Of a DNA stretch of 64,000 nt, positions 11,600 to 22,531 are shown in pieces. Position numbers and translations under genes: made by a program. Within the stretch, counting starts at the first letter, position 1. Each line of letters opens with the position of its first letter. This DNA is from Neodothiora populina. Its lineage: Eukaryota. Location of the stretch: positions 2,108,001-2,172,000 of the forward strand of contig NW_027191404.1 in NCBI RefSeq assembly GCF_041146345.1, read 5' to 3'. The notes below the pieces were generated by a model. It saw only the letters and a list, made by a program, of their open reading frames with translations. It ran no database searches and was not told where the DNA came from.

Positions 11600-12532
11600 T
11601 CACTCGGTCATCACAGCGTCCGCCGCCCCTGCGGTAGAAGACAGACCGAATTTGGCCTCGGCGCCCTCTTTGACAGCATCGGCAAGTACAGTCCTACTCA
11701 AGACCGCAGCTTCAACAGCACGGTCAATAAGACTTTCGGCATCGGCTCCTGCATCTCCTTTCATCCAAAGCTCCGTGACTTCGTCTCTTGATTGCAAATA
11801 GCCCACCACGCAAGCGGCGCGCAGATTGTCGTGCTCATCAGGGCAAGGATCGAGAACCGAGATGTCTTTCTCTGCCGTCTCGTCGTCTGCGAACGTACTG
11901 GCAGCCACACCTCCAGAGACCAGATCCACGCAATCGATGCCCGCATCCACTATTGCCGCGCTTGCAGCAGTGATGCATCCGGCCAGCACGTTCATCATCC
12001 CGACGCCGCCCAGGCTCTGTTTCCTCTCTCCCGCAGTGGGAGCGTTCTCCTCGCCTTCGAGGACCGTAATGACCACTTCGCACGCGCTCTTGGGGAACCG
12101 CTCGCCGATTATGATGCCTCTCAACGCCGTCTCCAGATGTACGCCCAGGTCCCGCTCGGCAGAGTCGCGCAGGTAGCCTCTTCGCTGTTTGCTAGCGAAA
12201 GGCGCAAACTTGACGTGTGTGCTGAGTAGTAAATTGGGACTGAAAGGTGCGGTTCGAGGCAATGGTCGCGGACCGTGGACCGTACATGTCAATTTCAACG
12301 AGCTCGTCCGCGAGGAGAAAGTCGTCATGTTGTCTTGGGGTATTGATGGCTGTAACTCCAAGTATGAGGAACCTGAGGCGGATGGTACCAGGCCGGTGCG
12401 CAGGAAGATCTTGCGAAGATCATTTGGGCCACGAGAGCGAGAGGATTTTGTCTCTATTGCTGTCGGTGTTGATGTGAAGACTGGTGCTGTTGTGCCACCT
12501 GGCGGTGCATTCGTGCGACGGCGGTCTGTCAT
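11600..12532 (-). CDS. MTR3: Exosome RNase PH-like subunit, Mtr3-like
   Basis: Intronless 310-aa ORF; MTDRRRTNAP..IFLRTGLVPSASGSSYLE..CTVHGPRP..HVKFAPFA..RFPKS..ITAASAAIVDAGIDCVD, an RNase PH fold. Confidence 0.85.
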   Translation of the reverse strand: MTDRRRTNAPPGGTTAPVFTSTPTAIETKSSRSRGPNDLRKIFLRTGLVPSASGSSYLELQPSIPQDNMTTFSSRTSSLKLTCTVHGPRPLPRTAPFSPNLLLSTHVKFAPFASKQRRGYLRDSAERDLGVHLETALRGIIIGERFPKSACEVVITVLEGEENAPTAGERKQSLGGVGMMNVLAGCITAASAAIVDAGIDCVDLVSGGVAASTFADDETAEKDISVLDPCPDEHDNLRAACVVGYLQSRDEVTELWMKGDAGADAESLIDRAVEAAVLSRTVLADAVKEGAEAKFGLSSTAGAADAVMTE

Positions 12533-12982
12533 GGCTATGGTGTGAATCGGAATAAATGTTTACATTCATCTCAAGTCCAGCTTGTAATAATCGACAATAA
12601 ATCTACTACAAATGTTCCTTCCCAAATAATGGAGTGAGGTCATGTTTGCACTGGGCCTGTGCTTTGACAATCTTGGCGCCATTGATTTTAATTTTGAATC
12701 TTTCGTCCTTCCTGCTCTTTAAAAGCTTGCAACCTACTACCACTCCTGTTCAACTACAACTTCGGGTCCTCTCAACCTTGGTTCTCTGTGGTCGAGCTCG
12801 AGATGTATATATGAAAGGCATATCACTCGACTGGGAGACCACGGCTGGGTGGCTGGTGTTGCAGTTGGGAGATGTGGCATTGGAGGTTTCTAGCAATTGA
12901 TTTGCGACTCATTTACTGGTGTAGGCTTTGCCTGTGACCGTGTCCTTCTGGTACGTTACTATCTCAACATCCGCATCGCATC

Positions 12983-13065
12983 TCACAAGATGATATCCCA
13001 TCACAACTAGTTCTCGGCGAACTCATTATGTGCCATTGAACAAACATGCATCACCATCTGATCAC
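12983..13065 (+). ncRNA. snR55: Box C/D snoRNA, snR55-like (18S Um1269 guide, yeast numbering)
   Basis: Box C variant AAGATGA 12987-12993; box D CTGA 13058-13061; guide CATGCATCACCA 13045-13056 pairs with conserved 18S UGGUGGUGCAUG (one G:U), and D-5 falls on the U. The upstream TATGTGCCAT also matches my recollection of yeast snR55. Confidence 0.82.
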
Positions 13066-13255
13066 TTCGCAATGCTACTTGTCTCAATTTATTGTATATG
13101 CCCAAGCGTTTTCAGTTACTGACATTCTACAAGGTTTTAGTAACTCACGATTCATCTCGACGATCAGTACCGGTCTCTTCCTGACGAATCATGGGAAGAG
13201 ACTACACTGCCAATAGGTAAGACCTTCCTCAACCTTCTCACACCTGTCGCCATGA

Positions 13256-13343
13256 TTGCAATGATGATTGTATTCTTTTTCAGTTCTGCTACCGAGTAAA
13301 TCGTGCGGATATTCATACACCAAATGCATTCAATTCTGATAAC
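13256..13343 (+). ncRNA. snR61: Box C/D snoRNA, snR61-like (25S Am1133 guide, yeast numbering)
   Basis: Box C ATGATGA 13261-13267; guide TTCAGTTCTGCT 13279-13290 plus D' CCGA 13292-13295 pairs with 25S AGCAGAACUGG; box D CTGA 13336-13339; perfect 11-bp flanking stem CGCCATGATTG (13248-13258) / CAATCATGGCG (13343-13353). Confidence 0.88.
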
Positions 13344-13580
13344 AATCATGGCGTCGACTCTCTATGCTTTCCATAGCATGAAGATATGTGAGGATCACCT
13401 TGCTGACATCTCTCACAGATATAATGCACTGTATGCGTAGTTTTTCCGTTGCATTTCGCCTTTACATGATTTTCTGGTAAGCATCCTCCATCTTTCACTT
13501 CTCACCACCCCCTTTCAAAGATGACAACAGTCAATCCATTCAATGAAGCCCCAACCCGTCGAGCCACCCTCCCCGATACC

Positions 13581-13747
13581 GTACCTGATGACTCGCTCTC
13601 AGGGATGACCGGTTGTGGAGTTATTCTGGCCCCTTTCGGGGACTTCAGAAGATGTTGGCTTCAGAGCATCGACACAGGTCTGCCGTTATGGACGGCCTGG
13701 CGTCGGTGCCGGCGGGCGGGCAGGAGTAAAACGGCTTTTCTGAGTAC
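13581..13747 (+). ncRNA. Long structured box C/D snoRNA, tentatively snR70/SNORD43-like
   Basis: GTAC-CTGATGA (box C 13585-13591) ... CTGA (13740-13743)-GTAC terminal stem; internal hairpins; CGGCGGGCGG (13710-13719) pairs with 18S CCGCCCGUCG ahead of a D'-like CAGG. Confidence 0.65.
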
Positions 13748-14524
13748 ATTTGACACAAACGCAAGTTCTGTCGAAGTAGCTCGCGCACATCCGTCATTCA
13801 GCACCGGAGTCTCTTTGACCAGAAGGCTGACGATTGACAACAGATGAGCATATTGTGATCCCCAATGACTTATTTTTCTTCTCTGTTCGTATAGATAGTC
13901 TATCTTCCAACATCAGTTCGACTCTGCTTTTCTGTTCCATACCTTTTCGTCCCATGCAAGCATACGCCCTGTGACAAGTAATTCCGACCCAAACCTGGAA
14001 CGTCTATTTCTTGAGAGAAGTGACACGCTTCTGCGTGTTCTATCTTTCCATACGTTATGGCAGCCAACCAAAATCTACCTGCCAATAATCTATCCAAAGA
14101 CGGCTCCTAGAACAAACATAACCAAGAAAGAGGGCCTCTCTGACTCGACGCTGCAGCAGCAAATACATGGTTTTCTGTGGGGGGTTCATTCTCTCATAGA
14201 AACCATGTATGCATGCAAGTTTCCACGGCGTTGATCTTTAGTTTCTCCCTCTACATTCAATTATCCTTGTTTCTTTATACAGTGTTTCATCTTCGAAGAG
14301 AAGTACAAGGCGGTTATCGGCAGTGGTTACCTTACAGAGCATATCGTATTGTCTTCTCAAAACGTATAATTATAACGTAAATATATATGTATATTTCTCC
14401 ATGTCTTTCTGCATTGACGAGAATCTTTTGTCCTCGGCTTCTGATCGGGTTTTTGTTATTTCAATTCTTCATCCTCATTCTCAGAGAGTTTGGTACATGC
14501 ATTTTTTTCCTTTTTTGTTACTCC

Positions 14525-15809
14525 TTACTCCTTGTTCAGGGGCTTTCTGCCGACCATCAGATACATAGGCGTGAAGAGCTTCTCGCGTCCACCAGCGACG
14601 AGGCAGTCGGCGGCGACGGCGAGACTGTCTGCAGTCTTCTGCGTTCCGCTGGGCGCGAGTCCGATCTTCTCCATGCCGCCGACGAGCCTGTGCACGATGC
14701 CGCGACCGATCTTGGTCATGCGCACAAGGGTGGGAAAGTCCCAGATGGAGCTCATGTACTTCAGCTCGCCGGACAGAGGCCAGTACCAGGGGTAAGGGTC
14801 GGGTCTGTCGGCGAGGTCCTCGTGCATCTCGAGCTCGAAGCCGGCGGCCTTCATGGCGTCGAGTGCGACCGAGATCTTCTCCATGTTGGAGATGCCGTCG
14901 CCCAGCTCGATTCCGAGACGGATCTCGCGGTGGTGCGGGTTGTCGTTGTCGTATGCGTCGGTCATGAGCCACTCGTACACACCAAAGACACCGCCGGGTT
15001 TTAGGACGCGGAAGATCTGGCTGTAGATTCCCTCGAGGCTGGGGGCGTGGACGGTGGCCTCGATGGCGTAGACGGCGTCGAAGCTGTTCTCGGGGAATGC
15101 CATTTGCTGTAAGTGGTTCACGGGTCAGAAAAGTTGCTCCTTTGGTTTGTGTTGCAGGAAAAGAAAAGAAAAAACTCACCATGAAGTCGCCCTTGACGTA
15201 TTTCAGCTTGTGTGACAGACCCTCCTTCTCGGCGTAGTGTGTGGCGCGCTCAATCTGGTAGTCGTTGTTGTTCAGACCGGTGACATTGGCGCCGGTGAAC
15301 TTGACCATCTCTCTGGCAGGGCCACCGACACCACAACCGACGTCCAGAACCTCCATGCCCTCCTTCATGCCCATGACGTGGGCGAGGTAGTGCTCGTGGC
15401 GCGCGACTGCTTGTCTGAAGGGCTCTCCGTAGGCGAACCTGCAGAAGTGGAAGGACTGGCCCCAGCCATACTCGTACAAGTCGGTGGCGAGGTTGTAGTA
15501 GTGACGGGTCAGGGTGGCGTATTCTGCTCTTCGTGCCTTTTCGCGATTGTTAGACTCAGACTCGGAATCCACGCGCGGGTGTTGGTTTTCAAGTCAAATT
15601 ACCTCTCTGATCTCAGGGGTCTCGTCTGCAGCGTCCTTGTTGTCCCAATGCTTGAAGTACTCGTCAACAGCAGCCTTCTGGGAGTCGGAGCCCTTGCCGC
15701 TCAGGATGGCGCCAAAACCACCGCTGGCTTTGGCAGACTTGCCGTGCAGCGTCTTGTTGAAGGCTGCATCGCGGCTGTGGTCCTCGGCCTCGAGAGCGTG
15801 AGGAGCCAT
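14525..15809 (-). CDS. ERG6: Sterol 24-C-methyltransferase
   Basis: Exons 15809-15603, 15536-15180, 15106-14525; motifs [57 protein letters not shown]. Confidence 0.96.
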
Positions 15810-16165
15810 GGTTTCAATTGGTAATGTAAATACAGAAGGCGTTGGCAAAGAAGCAAGAGGGAGTGCAGAACAAACAGGTTACAGGGGTATCACAAGAAGA
15901 CGTTGTTGTTGCAGTTGAATGCAGAACAGTATTGATGAAGTGAAGAGAGAAGGCAAGAGAGAGAGTTGACGTTGACCTGTAGACAAGTCGTCGAAAGAGA
16001 GAGCGGTGAAATTGTTATATTACCAACACCACACTACCGACTAGCCAGCAAGGACAAGGGGCAACCAGCAACAAACCGGACCAAACGTAACCCATATTCC
16101 AAAGTCAATCTTGGCCCTTGGGAAATTGTAAAATGGTTCGATTATTATCATTTCTCCCCACACAT

Positions 16166-16200
16166 TTCGTTCCTCGTTGCGGGATTCGTTCCTCGTTGCG
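16166..16200. repeat. 16-bp direct repeat TTCGTTCCTCGTTGCG x2 in the ERG6/SLT11 divergent promoter
   Basis: Copies at 16166-16181 and 16185-16200. Confidence 0.85.
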
Positions 16201-16311
16201 CATGGGCTTTTGGTCTTCGCCTCAACCGATCAGGGCCAGTTATGCTTGAATACGATTAGCGTCAGGTACAATCAATGCGAGCCAAGTTTAGGTGAGATAG
16301 AGTAAAGTGAA

Positions 16312-16362
16312 GGCAAGGCAGCTAGGGCAAGGCAGCTAGGGCAAGGCAGCTAGGGCAAGGCA
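16312..16362. repeat. 14-bp tandem repeat (GGCAAGGCAGCTAG) x about 3.6
   Basis: Units at 16312, 16326 and 16340, partial at 16354. Confidence 0.9.
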
Positions 16363-16694
16363 AGCATTAGACCTGCATGAGCCGATAAACTTGACGGCAA
16401 CTGGACAAAAGTCGTCGTCGGGGCTGTCTTTCTGTCACGCTCCTCCGGGCTGTCCTAATATCGTGGTTTCCGAATCTGGCCCTCTTTCCAAGTTCGTCAC
16501 TGCCTTGAGTCTAATGATTGTAGAAAGTGAGCATTTCAAAGCAACGCGTCTGTCGCATCATCGTCCTTTGCTGAATTCTACACTCCTCCTCACCACACAC
16601 GCTTGACGCTGTTGCCATCTCCTCTGCATCAGACGAGTCACAACGACCTTATTCACATCGACAACTTGCGCATCTCAGCGCTTAGCACCACATC

Positions 16695-17888
16695 ATGCCT
16701 CCAAAGCAGGACCTGAACCGCTCGGGATGGGAGAGTACGGACATGCCGTCGTGCTGCGAAAAGTGCCTTGGAGACAACCCCTACGTGCAGATGCTCAAGG
16801 AAGAGCACGGCCTCGAATGCAAGATCTGCACACGTCCATTCACAGTCTTTCGATGGAAAGCCGACCGCACGGCGCGCCAGAAGAAGACAAATATCTGCCT
16901 GACTTGCGCGCGACTCAAGAACTGTTGTCAGTGCTGCATGTTGGATCTGAGCTTCGGACTGCCTATCGTCGTGCGTGATGCTGCTCTCAAGATGATCACA
17001 CCTGGACCCAACAGCGAGATCAACCGGGAATATTATGCGCAGAACCATGAGCACGAGATCGAGGAGGGTGGCGGTGCTGTCGAGGCCTATGAGAAGACGG
17101 ACGAGAAAGCGAGGGAGCTGCTTCGCCGATTGGCACAGAGCGAACCCTACTACAAAAAGCAGAGACGACTCGACGAGGAGAACGCTTCTTCGTCATCGTC
17201 GGGACAGAAGACGCTGGAGGCCGGACCCTCTTCGGCGAGCACAGGATCGAACGCTGTAGGTCCGGTCAGGACAAGAGACTCGAAGCAAGGCGGATACGGT
17301 AACCGATCCGAGCCTTATGCTGCTCCATCAGCGCGGGGCGGACGTGGTGGCGCGAGAGGACGTCCATTCCCTAACACAGCCACGTTACCACCTCGACCGG
17401 AGGACATCCTACCGCCAGCCGACAAGAACGTCTTATCGCTTTTCATCACTGGAGTCGAAGACGACTTGCCGGAGCATGCCTTACGCACTCACTTCTCACA
17501 GTACGGCGCTTTGCGATCACTCGTCTGCTCACATCGTTCTCATTGCGCTTTTGTAAACTACATGAGTCGAGAGGGTGCGGAAGCTGCAGCGGCAGCGTGT
17601 CAGGGCAGGGCCAACGTCAAAGGTGTGCCACTGAGGGTACAATGGGGCAAGCCCAAGGCTCTGGACAACATGGACAGAGAAACACGCATGGCGCACGCGA
17701 GAGCTGGAAGGGAGACGCAGGCCGCGTCGAAAGCTGCTGCGGCTGGACCTCGAGCCATTGCTTCAGGTGGTGCTTCTTCCTCGGCCCAAGCTGCAAAGGA
17801 CGATCTGGACAGTCTGACGGCCAACATCGCAGCGCCTCCTGGCCAAGAATCGGAAGACGTCCAGTACGCCAGTCTGGCTGGCGAGTGA
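16695..17888 (+). CDS. SLT11: Pre-mRNA splicing factor Slt11/Ecm2 (RBM22)
   Basis: WESTDMPSCCEKCLGDNPYV..ECKICTRPFTVFRW..CARLKNCCQCCMLDL zinc region, then an RRM (HCAFVNY..LRVQWGKP). Confidence 0.93.
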   Translation: MPPKQDLNRSGWESTDMPSCCEKCLGDNPYVQMLKEEHGLECKICTRPFTVFRWKADRTARQKKTNICLTCARLKNCCQCCMLDLSFGLPIVVRDAALKMITPGPNSEINREYYAQNHEHEIEEGGGAVEAYEKTDEKARELLRRLAQSEPYYKKQRRLDEENASSSSSGQKTLEAGPSSASTGSNAVGPVRTRDSKQGGYGNRSEPYAAPSARGGRGGARGRPFPNTATLPPRPEDILPPADKNVLSLFITGVEDDLPEHALRTHFSQYGALRSLVCSHRSHCAFVNYMSREGAEAAAAACQGRANVKGVPLRVQWGKPKALDNMDRETRMAHARAGRETQAASKAAAAGPRAIASGGASSSAQAAKDDLDSLTANIAAPPGQESEDVQYASLAGE

Positions 17889-18160
17889 GCGAAGTCGAGT
17901 GTTTCTACGACCAGAAAGACAAACTAAAAAAGAATCATACGGTGTTCATTTATACAAAGCATGGCGTTTCGGAAATTGTATGTCCGGCACTTTTCCGTGG
18001 GATATGGACCACAAAAAGGAAGAGAAAAGAAAAGGAGACGTGCGATGGGACAGCTCCCTAGACAACACAATGGCTCATGGAATTGGTTCATGAAAGAATG
18101 GAAACAGTCGGGGGTATCATTAATAGCTTTTTATTGTACAAAAGAGGATCTGCAGGAAGA

Positions 18161-18772
18161 TCATTTCCTCATATCAGCAAAACTCTTGCCCGACGACTTG
18201 AACTTTTTGAACTCGGTGTCGTCTCCGCGCTCCGTCTCTTCGTGGATGTTGAGCTCTGCAGAAAAACAAAGTCAGCCAAAAACCCATACCTTTTTTCCTC
18301 TCTATACATCTCCCCTTCCAAAAGAAAAGCAGGAAAGCTTACTATAGTGATGCGACTGCGCGTTCTCCCTCTGACCCTGCACGACGTTCTCGCGCAGGAT
18401 CTGAGCCGTCGCCTGCGCGTGCTTGATGCCTTGCTCAGCCTCGACGCTGCCTGGTGCCACCGTTCGGCCCTGGTCGAAGTTGTGGCGTGCCCACTTGCGG
18501 GACTCGGAGATCATATGGCCGTCGCCTATTTGGAACAATCAGTAAGTCGTTGGCCAGAGGATCGTCTCTTCTGGTTCGCAACATGTTGGATTTTGTTTCT
18601 CTTATGCGATTCTCTTGGAAATTGAGCAGGACGCATTGTGGTGTATGAATGGACGGATGGAGGACTTGCCATTGAAGGCTACACGGGTTGCGCGGAGGAG
18701 GCTGCGGTACGTGGACACGACGACGTCGTGGTTGTGCTTCAGCACTGCACTCGAGACCTTTGCCGTCGCCAT
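18161..18772 (-). CDS. MZM1: Mitochondrial LYR-motif protein Mzm1/LYRM7-like (Rieske assembly factor)
   Basis: Not one ORF in the track. Exons 18772-18670, 18525-18343, 18255-18161 give ..STYRSLLRATRVAFNGDGHMIS..AQILRENVVQG..YKLNIHEETERGDD..*; intron 1 is GC-AG. Confidence 0.85.
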
Positions 18773-20168
18773 TGTGTGTTTCCGGGGTAGGTGTTGGGTG
18801 ACAATGATGGATATCCAATTGAGGGTATCTTATTGTACAGTCGGGTCGGATCTTGAAATGTTTCGCGGCGACGGATTGGTTCCCTTGGGATCGGAACAAG
18901 GATGTTCCGAGATTCGAGGAAGGGTCTTTGCTCTGGAAAGATCTTGAAGTGGTGCTCGACAGGGTTGCCCTGTGCATTGATTGAACGTGCCATGGCCATG
19001 CGTAGGTCATACTGGAGTATCCTGTGTGTTCATATCTTCTCCGTATCACTCAAGTAGTCGAATTGTGGGTCTATTTCGATCTATGTATATCTAGTATCAT
19101 ATTTTGACAGTCCCGATAATCTATGTGGATGTAGAGAAAGGTTGACCAGCATTCTCATGGAACAGCGATAGTCGTTCTTCGAGTGTTGTCGAACCAAATA
19201 CATCGGACATATACACCATTATTCCGAGCCTGGTCGAAATTCTTCGAAATCACTATCATTATCGTCGGCTGATGATTTCAATCATTCTTTGTGCGCACAT
19301 ATTAATGGCGACAGAGCGATTATGCGGTCAGATACCTTACGTACAGTAAAAGGTGTGACGGGACAGTACTGTGTACCGTTCCGTAAGTGGCCGCAAACCC
19401 CACAATTATCACATGCTCGGCTTCGGTGACAGACGCACTTTTGTAGTGCAGCTGCGCAGATGCAGCGAGATGCGAATGCCCCCATCTGCCTCATCTCTAC
19501 CATGACATGCAGAGTAGAGTGAGCAACAAAAAACCCCCACAGCATCATGTTCCAACAATCTTCTCACGCCATCATGACAAGAACATTGAGTAAACACCAG
19601 GACATGCAGCTTGGCTCATGACGTACTGTATCGTCTTGCAAGGTAAGGTATGATACTGTGAATTATAGGGGCAAATGACAAGGTTACGGTTTGGGGGATC
19701 ATTCCACAAGGTATGGGCAGCATACCTTATGGGCAGCATATTGGCAGCAGCTGTGTGGAAAATTAGAGTTCCATATCCCACGTGTGCGGTCTGTGCCCAT
19801 TGGTCCTACTGAGATACTTTGTGCTCTGCACTTGACGTCTCGACGCTTGACGTTTCACTCGCTCGCACAGCACAGCCTCATCTTTCTTTTTATTCCAATT
19901 GCACTGCTTTCCCCCCCATATAAGTGAAAGTGCCATCTGTCGCTGCTGGATCGACACATATACCTTAGCCAGACCCCTCGACTTTTGTGCGATACCCTGT
20001 CCCCAAATCCCGGGCTCTTCCGACCGCATTGCCGAACTTGAGTCATTACTGCGGAGTAAGGTAGCTCGCAGCACCACCTGCTGAGCACCGATCGATAAAT
20101 ACCCCGAGATCACGCCCTGGGTAAGGTGGTTTTTATGAACCTGGACGGACTGTGCGACTCGAACAGTC

Positions 20169-21922
20169 ATGGATTCCGCTCCGAATACTCCTACTGCTGC
20201 CGCCGCTACTGTCGCCGTCCCTTCCCCATCATATTCCCCCACATCCGGCCCTTCGCCCGCGCTGAATGGCAGTGATGGCGCCAACGGACGCTCCAACATC
20301 ACCACCCAGAACATCCCTTCGCAGACCTCGCTGGCCTTTGTCGAGCCCCACCGGCCATCTCTGACCAGTGAGAAGGGCTCCGACGAGAATGTCAACCGCG
20401 CACGCAAGGGCTCCGGCTCCGTGCAGTTCCTGCCTCATCTGCGTGGGCCGGCCGCCGCCCACAGTAGGAGCCGTAGTCGAAATGTCGGTAGAGACGGCAG
20501 TCGCAGACGCATGAGCAGTCCTCCTCCACCCGAGTATGTTTCATCTCCACTCTTGCAATGTCCTCCAGCATCCGCTTACAACGAACCTCTCATGCAGGCA
20601 ATTCAAGCATCGCGTGTCGTTTGATACTTTCGACAACAGAGATGCGTCAGACTTCTCGCTCACATTGAACCGCAAGCACAGAGACTACGAGTATACCAAG
20701 AGATCGCGCACTTTCCTCTGTGGTACCGATGCGAACGACTACTCGGACACCGCCCTCGAATGGCTGATCGATGAATTGGTCGATGACGGCGACGAGGTCG
20801 TGTGCTTACGTGTGGTGGAAAAGGACAGCAAAGAAGCACTCAAGTGGGCTGGTGGAGGTTCTGGTGGCAGAGAAGGCAGGGAGCGAGCCTACCGAGCCGA
20901 GGCGAACAAGATGATCACAAGGATCCAAGAGAAAAACGTCGAAGACAGAGCTATCAATCTGGTGCTCGAGTTCTCTATAGGAAAAGTCCCCGACACTATT
21001 CAGCACATGGTATGTCTCTTGGTCTTCTTTACAGCATCACTTGCTAACATGGCTTCAGATCCGACTCTACGAACCCGCGATCCTAGTGGTCGGCACTCGG
21101 GGCCGATCTCTGGGAGGTTTCACAGGCTTGTTGCCTGGCTCCGTGTCCAAGTATTGTCTCCAACACTCACCTGTGCCCGTGATTGTCGTTCGGCCCTCTG
21201 CTAAGAGAGAGAGCAAGAAGAAGAAGAGACTGCTTGACCCGAGCAGACGAGCCTACCGGGATATCCTCGATAAGAGCGACGATCTCCGTGCGGGTGATGG
21301 TGGCCACATCCTTGACCACAGCAACAGACTTAGCACCATACCTGGCGATGGCTTGGGCACTTTGGCCGAACTCAAGCAGATAGAAGCTGAGGAGGAAGCT
21401 CGAAAGGTCGCCGAAGCCGTGGGCTACAGGCAGTCGACAACGTCCGAGGGAGTGCCGCTCTCGAGAGTGACGTCGGCCAAATCTGACTTCACTGGCCGAA
21501 GCAGCAGTTTTGGAAGTTATCGTAGTGACAGCCCCGAGGCACTGCGTAGCCCGAGGAGCCACCTGATGAAGAGTCCTGAGCTGCGCGGCCTAGACTCGCC
21601 CGCCCTGAGTGATTCGGATGATTCCAGCGACTCTGCAGACGAGAGTGCGGTCTCGGCACATGTCGCAGCCCAGGAGAAGTCATTGCGAGAGGCTCGAGAG
21701 AGAGCGCTCAAGGCTGAAGAGGAAGAGAGGGAGAGAGAACGGGAGGCAAAAGAAAGCAAGGAGAACAAGAGGAGATCCCAAGCTCCAAACGGTGGCGGAG
21801 GTGCAGGCGCATTGGCTCTACTCGATGCTCTGGGTGGTCCTGACGACACAAACAAGAAGGTGAACAGACGGACCACTGACAGCAAGGGCAGAAAGCTAGC
21901 TGGGGGGTATCCGATTCCTTAA
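20169..21922 (+). CDS. Universal stress protein (USP) domain protein
   Basis: Exons 20169-20533, 20598-21009, 21059-21922; RTFLCGTDANDYSDTALEWL..DEVVCLRVV..LVVGTRGRSLGGF.GLLPGSVSKYCLQHSPVPVIVVRP. Confidence 0.9.
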
Positions 21923-22531
21923 TGTGTTGGATGATGATTACACTTGGCTCGATCTCGGATATTCTCATACCCATTAGCAAGCTCAGCTCCCTTGTGTTAC
22001 CTTATGTTCCTCGAGCGTGAACAATCAACGAAAGCATCTTTACTCCATTTTGTCACTCTCCTTGAGCTGGAGCTATTACACAGTATTACCAGTGTATCAC
22101 AACACTTTCGCCGCTGCTGTCTGCCTAATGGTGCGGCCATATTAATAGCAACTGTCACAGTCCACGCCAGGCATTGGAAAGCTTAAACCATGCCGCGAGG
22201 TCATCTCACGTCACTTGCCAAAATTGATCGACGGAAGCTATGTGGAGATCCCGCAGCGGGAAACCGTGGGGCTTGGCGGAACCCTGTGGCGGGAATCAGC
22301 AATCGCTGCGGATACGCGTTCTGAGACCTACAATTAACCGCTTCATAAGGAAGGTACAAGTACGGAACTGTACCTCAATTCGGAGCTCATGGGTCGCTAT
22401 CATATCGAACCGTTGTCGACCCTTGCTTTGACTCCACCGTCTTCTCTCATGGCCCTAAAACCCTCATTCTCACATCGATCCCACAACTTAGCGGTCGACT
22501 AGCAATACCGAACCACAAGCACATCTTGGAC

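Larger units (their letters stand above)
12901..13900 (+). ncRNA. Spliced non-coding snoRNA host transcript (3 snoRNA-bearing introns); transcript ends approximate
   Basis: Introns 12951-13133/13140 (GTACGT..TACTGAC..AG), 13217-13418 (GTAAGA..GCTGAC..CAG) and 13477-13843 (GTAAGC..GCTGAC..CAG). Exons are short, with only a 15-codon spliced ORF (MGRDYTANRYNALYA*). TATA-like TATATATGAAAG at 12806. Confidence 0.8.

Noticed and set aside
12805..12924. Possible extra upstream intron (GTATAT..ACTCAT..TAG) that might host an snR57-like RNA
   Set aside because: Weak splice signals, no box C/D pair and no AGGAATTCCTCG-like guide; it overlaps the TATA-like element.
13521..13847. 108-aa ORF in the snoRNA region
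   Set aside because: It lies inside intron 3 and overlaps the GC-rich structured snoRNA; no recognisable protein motif.
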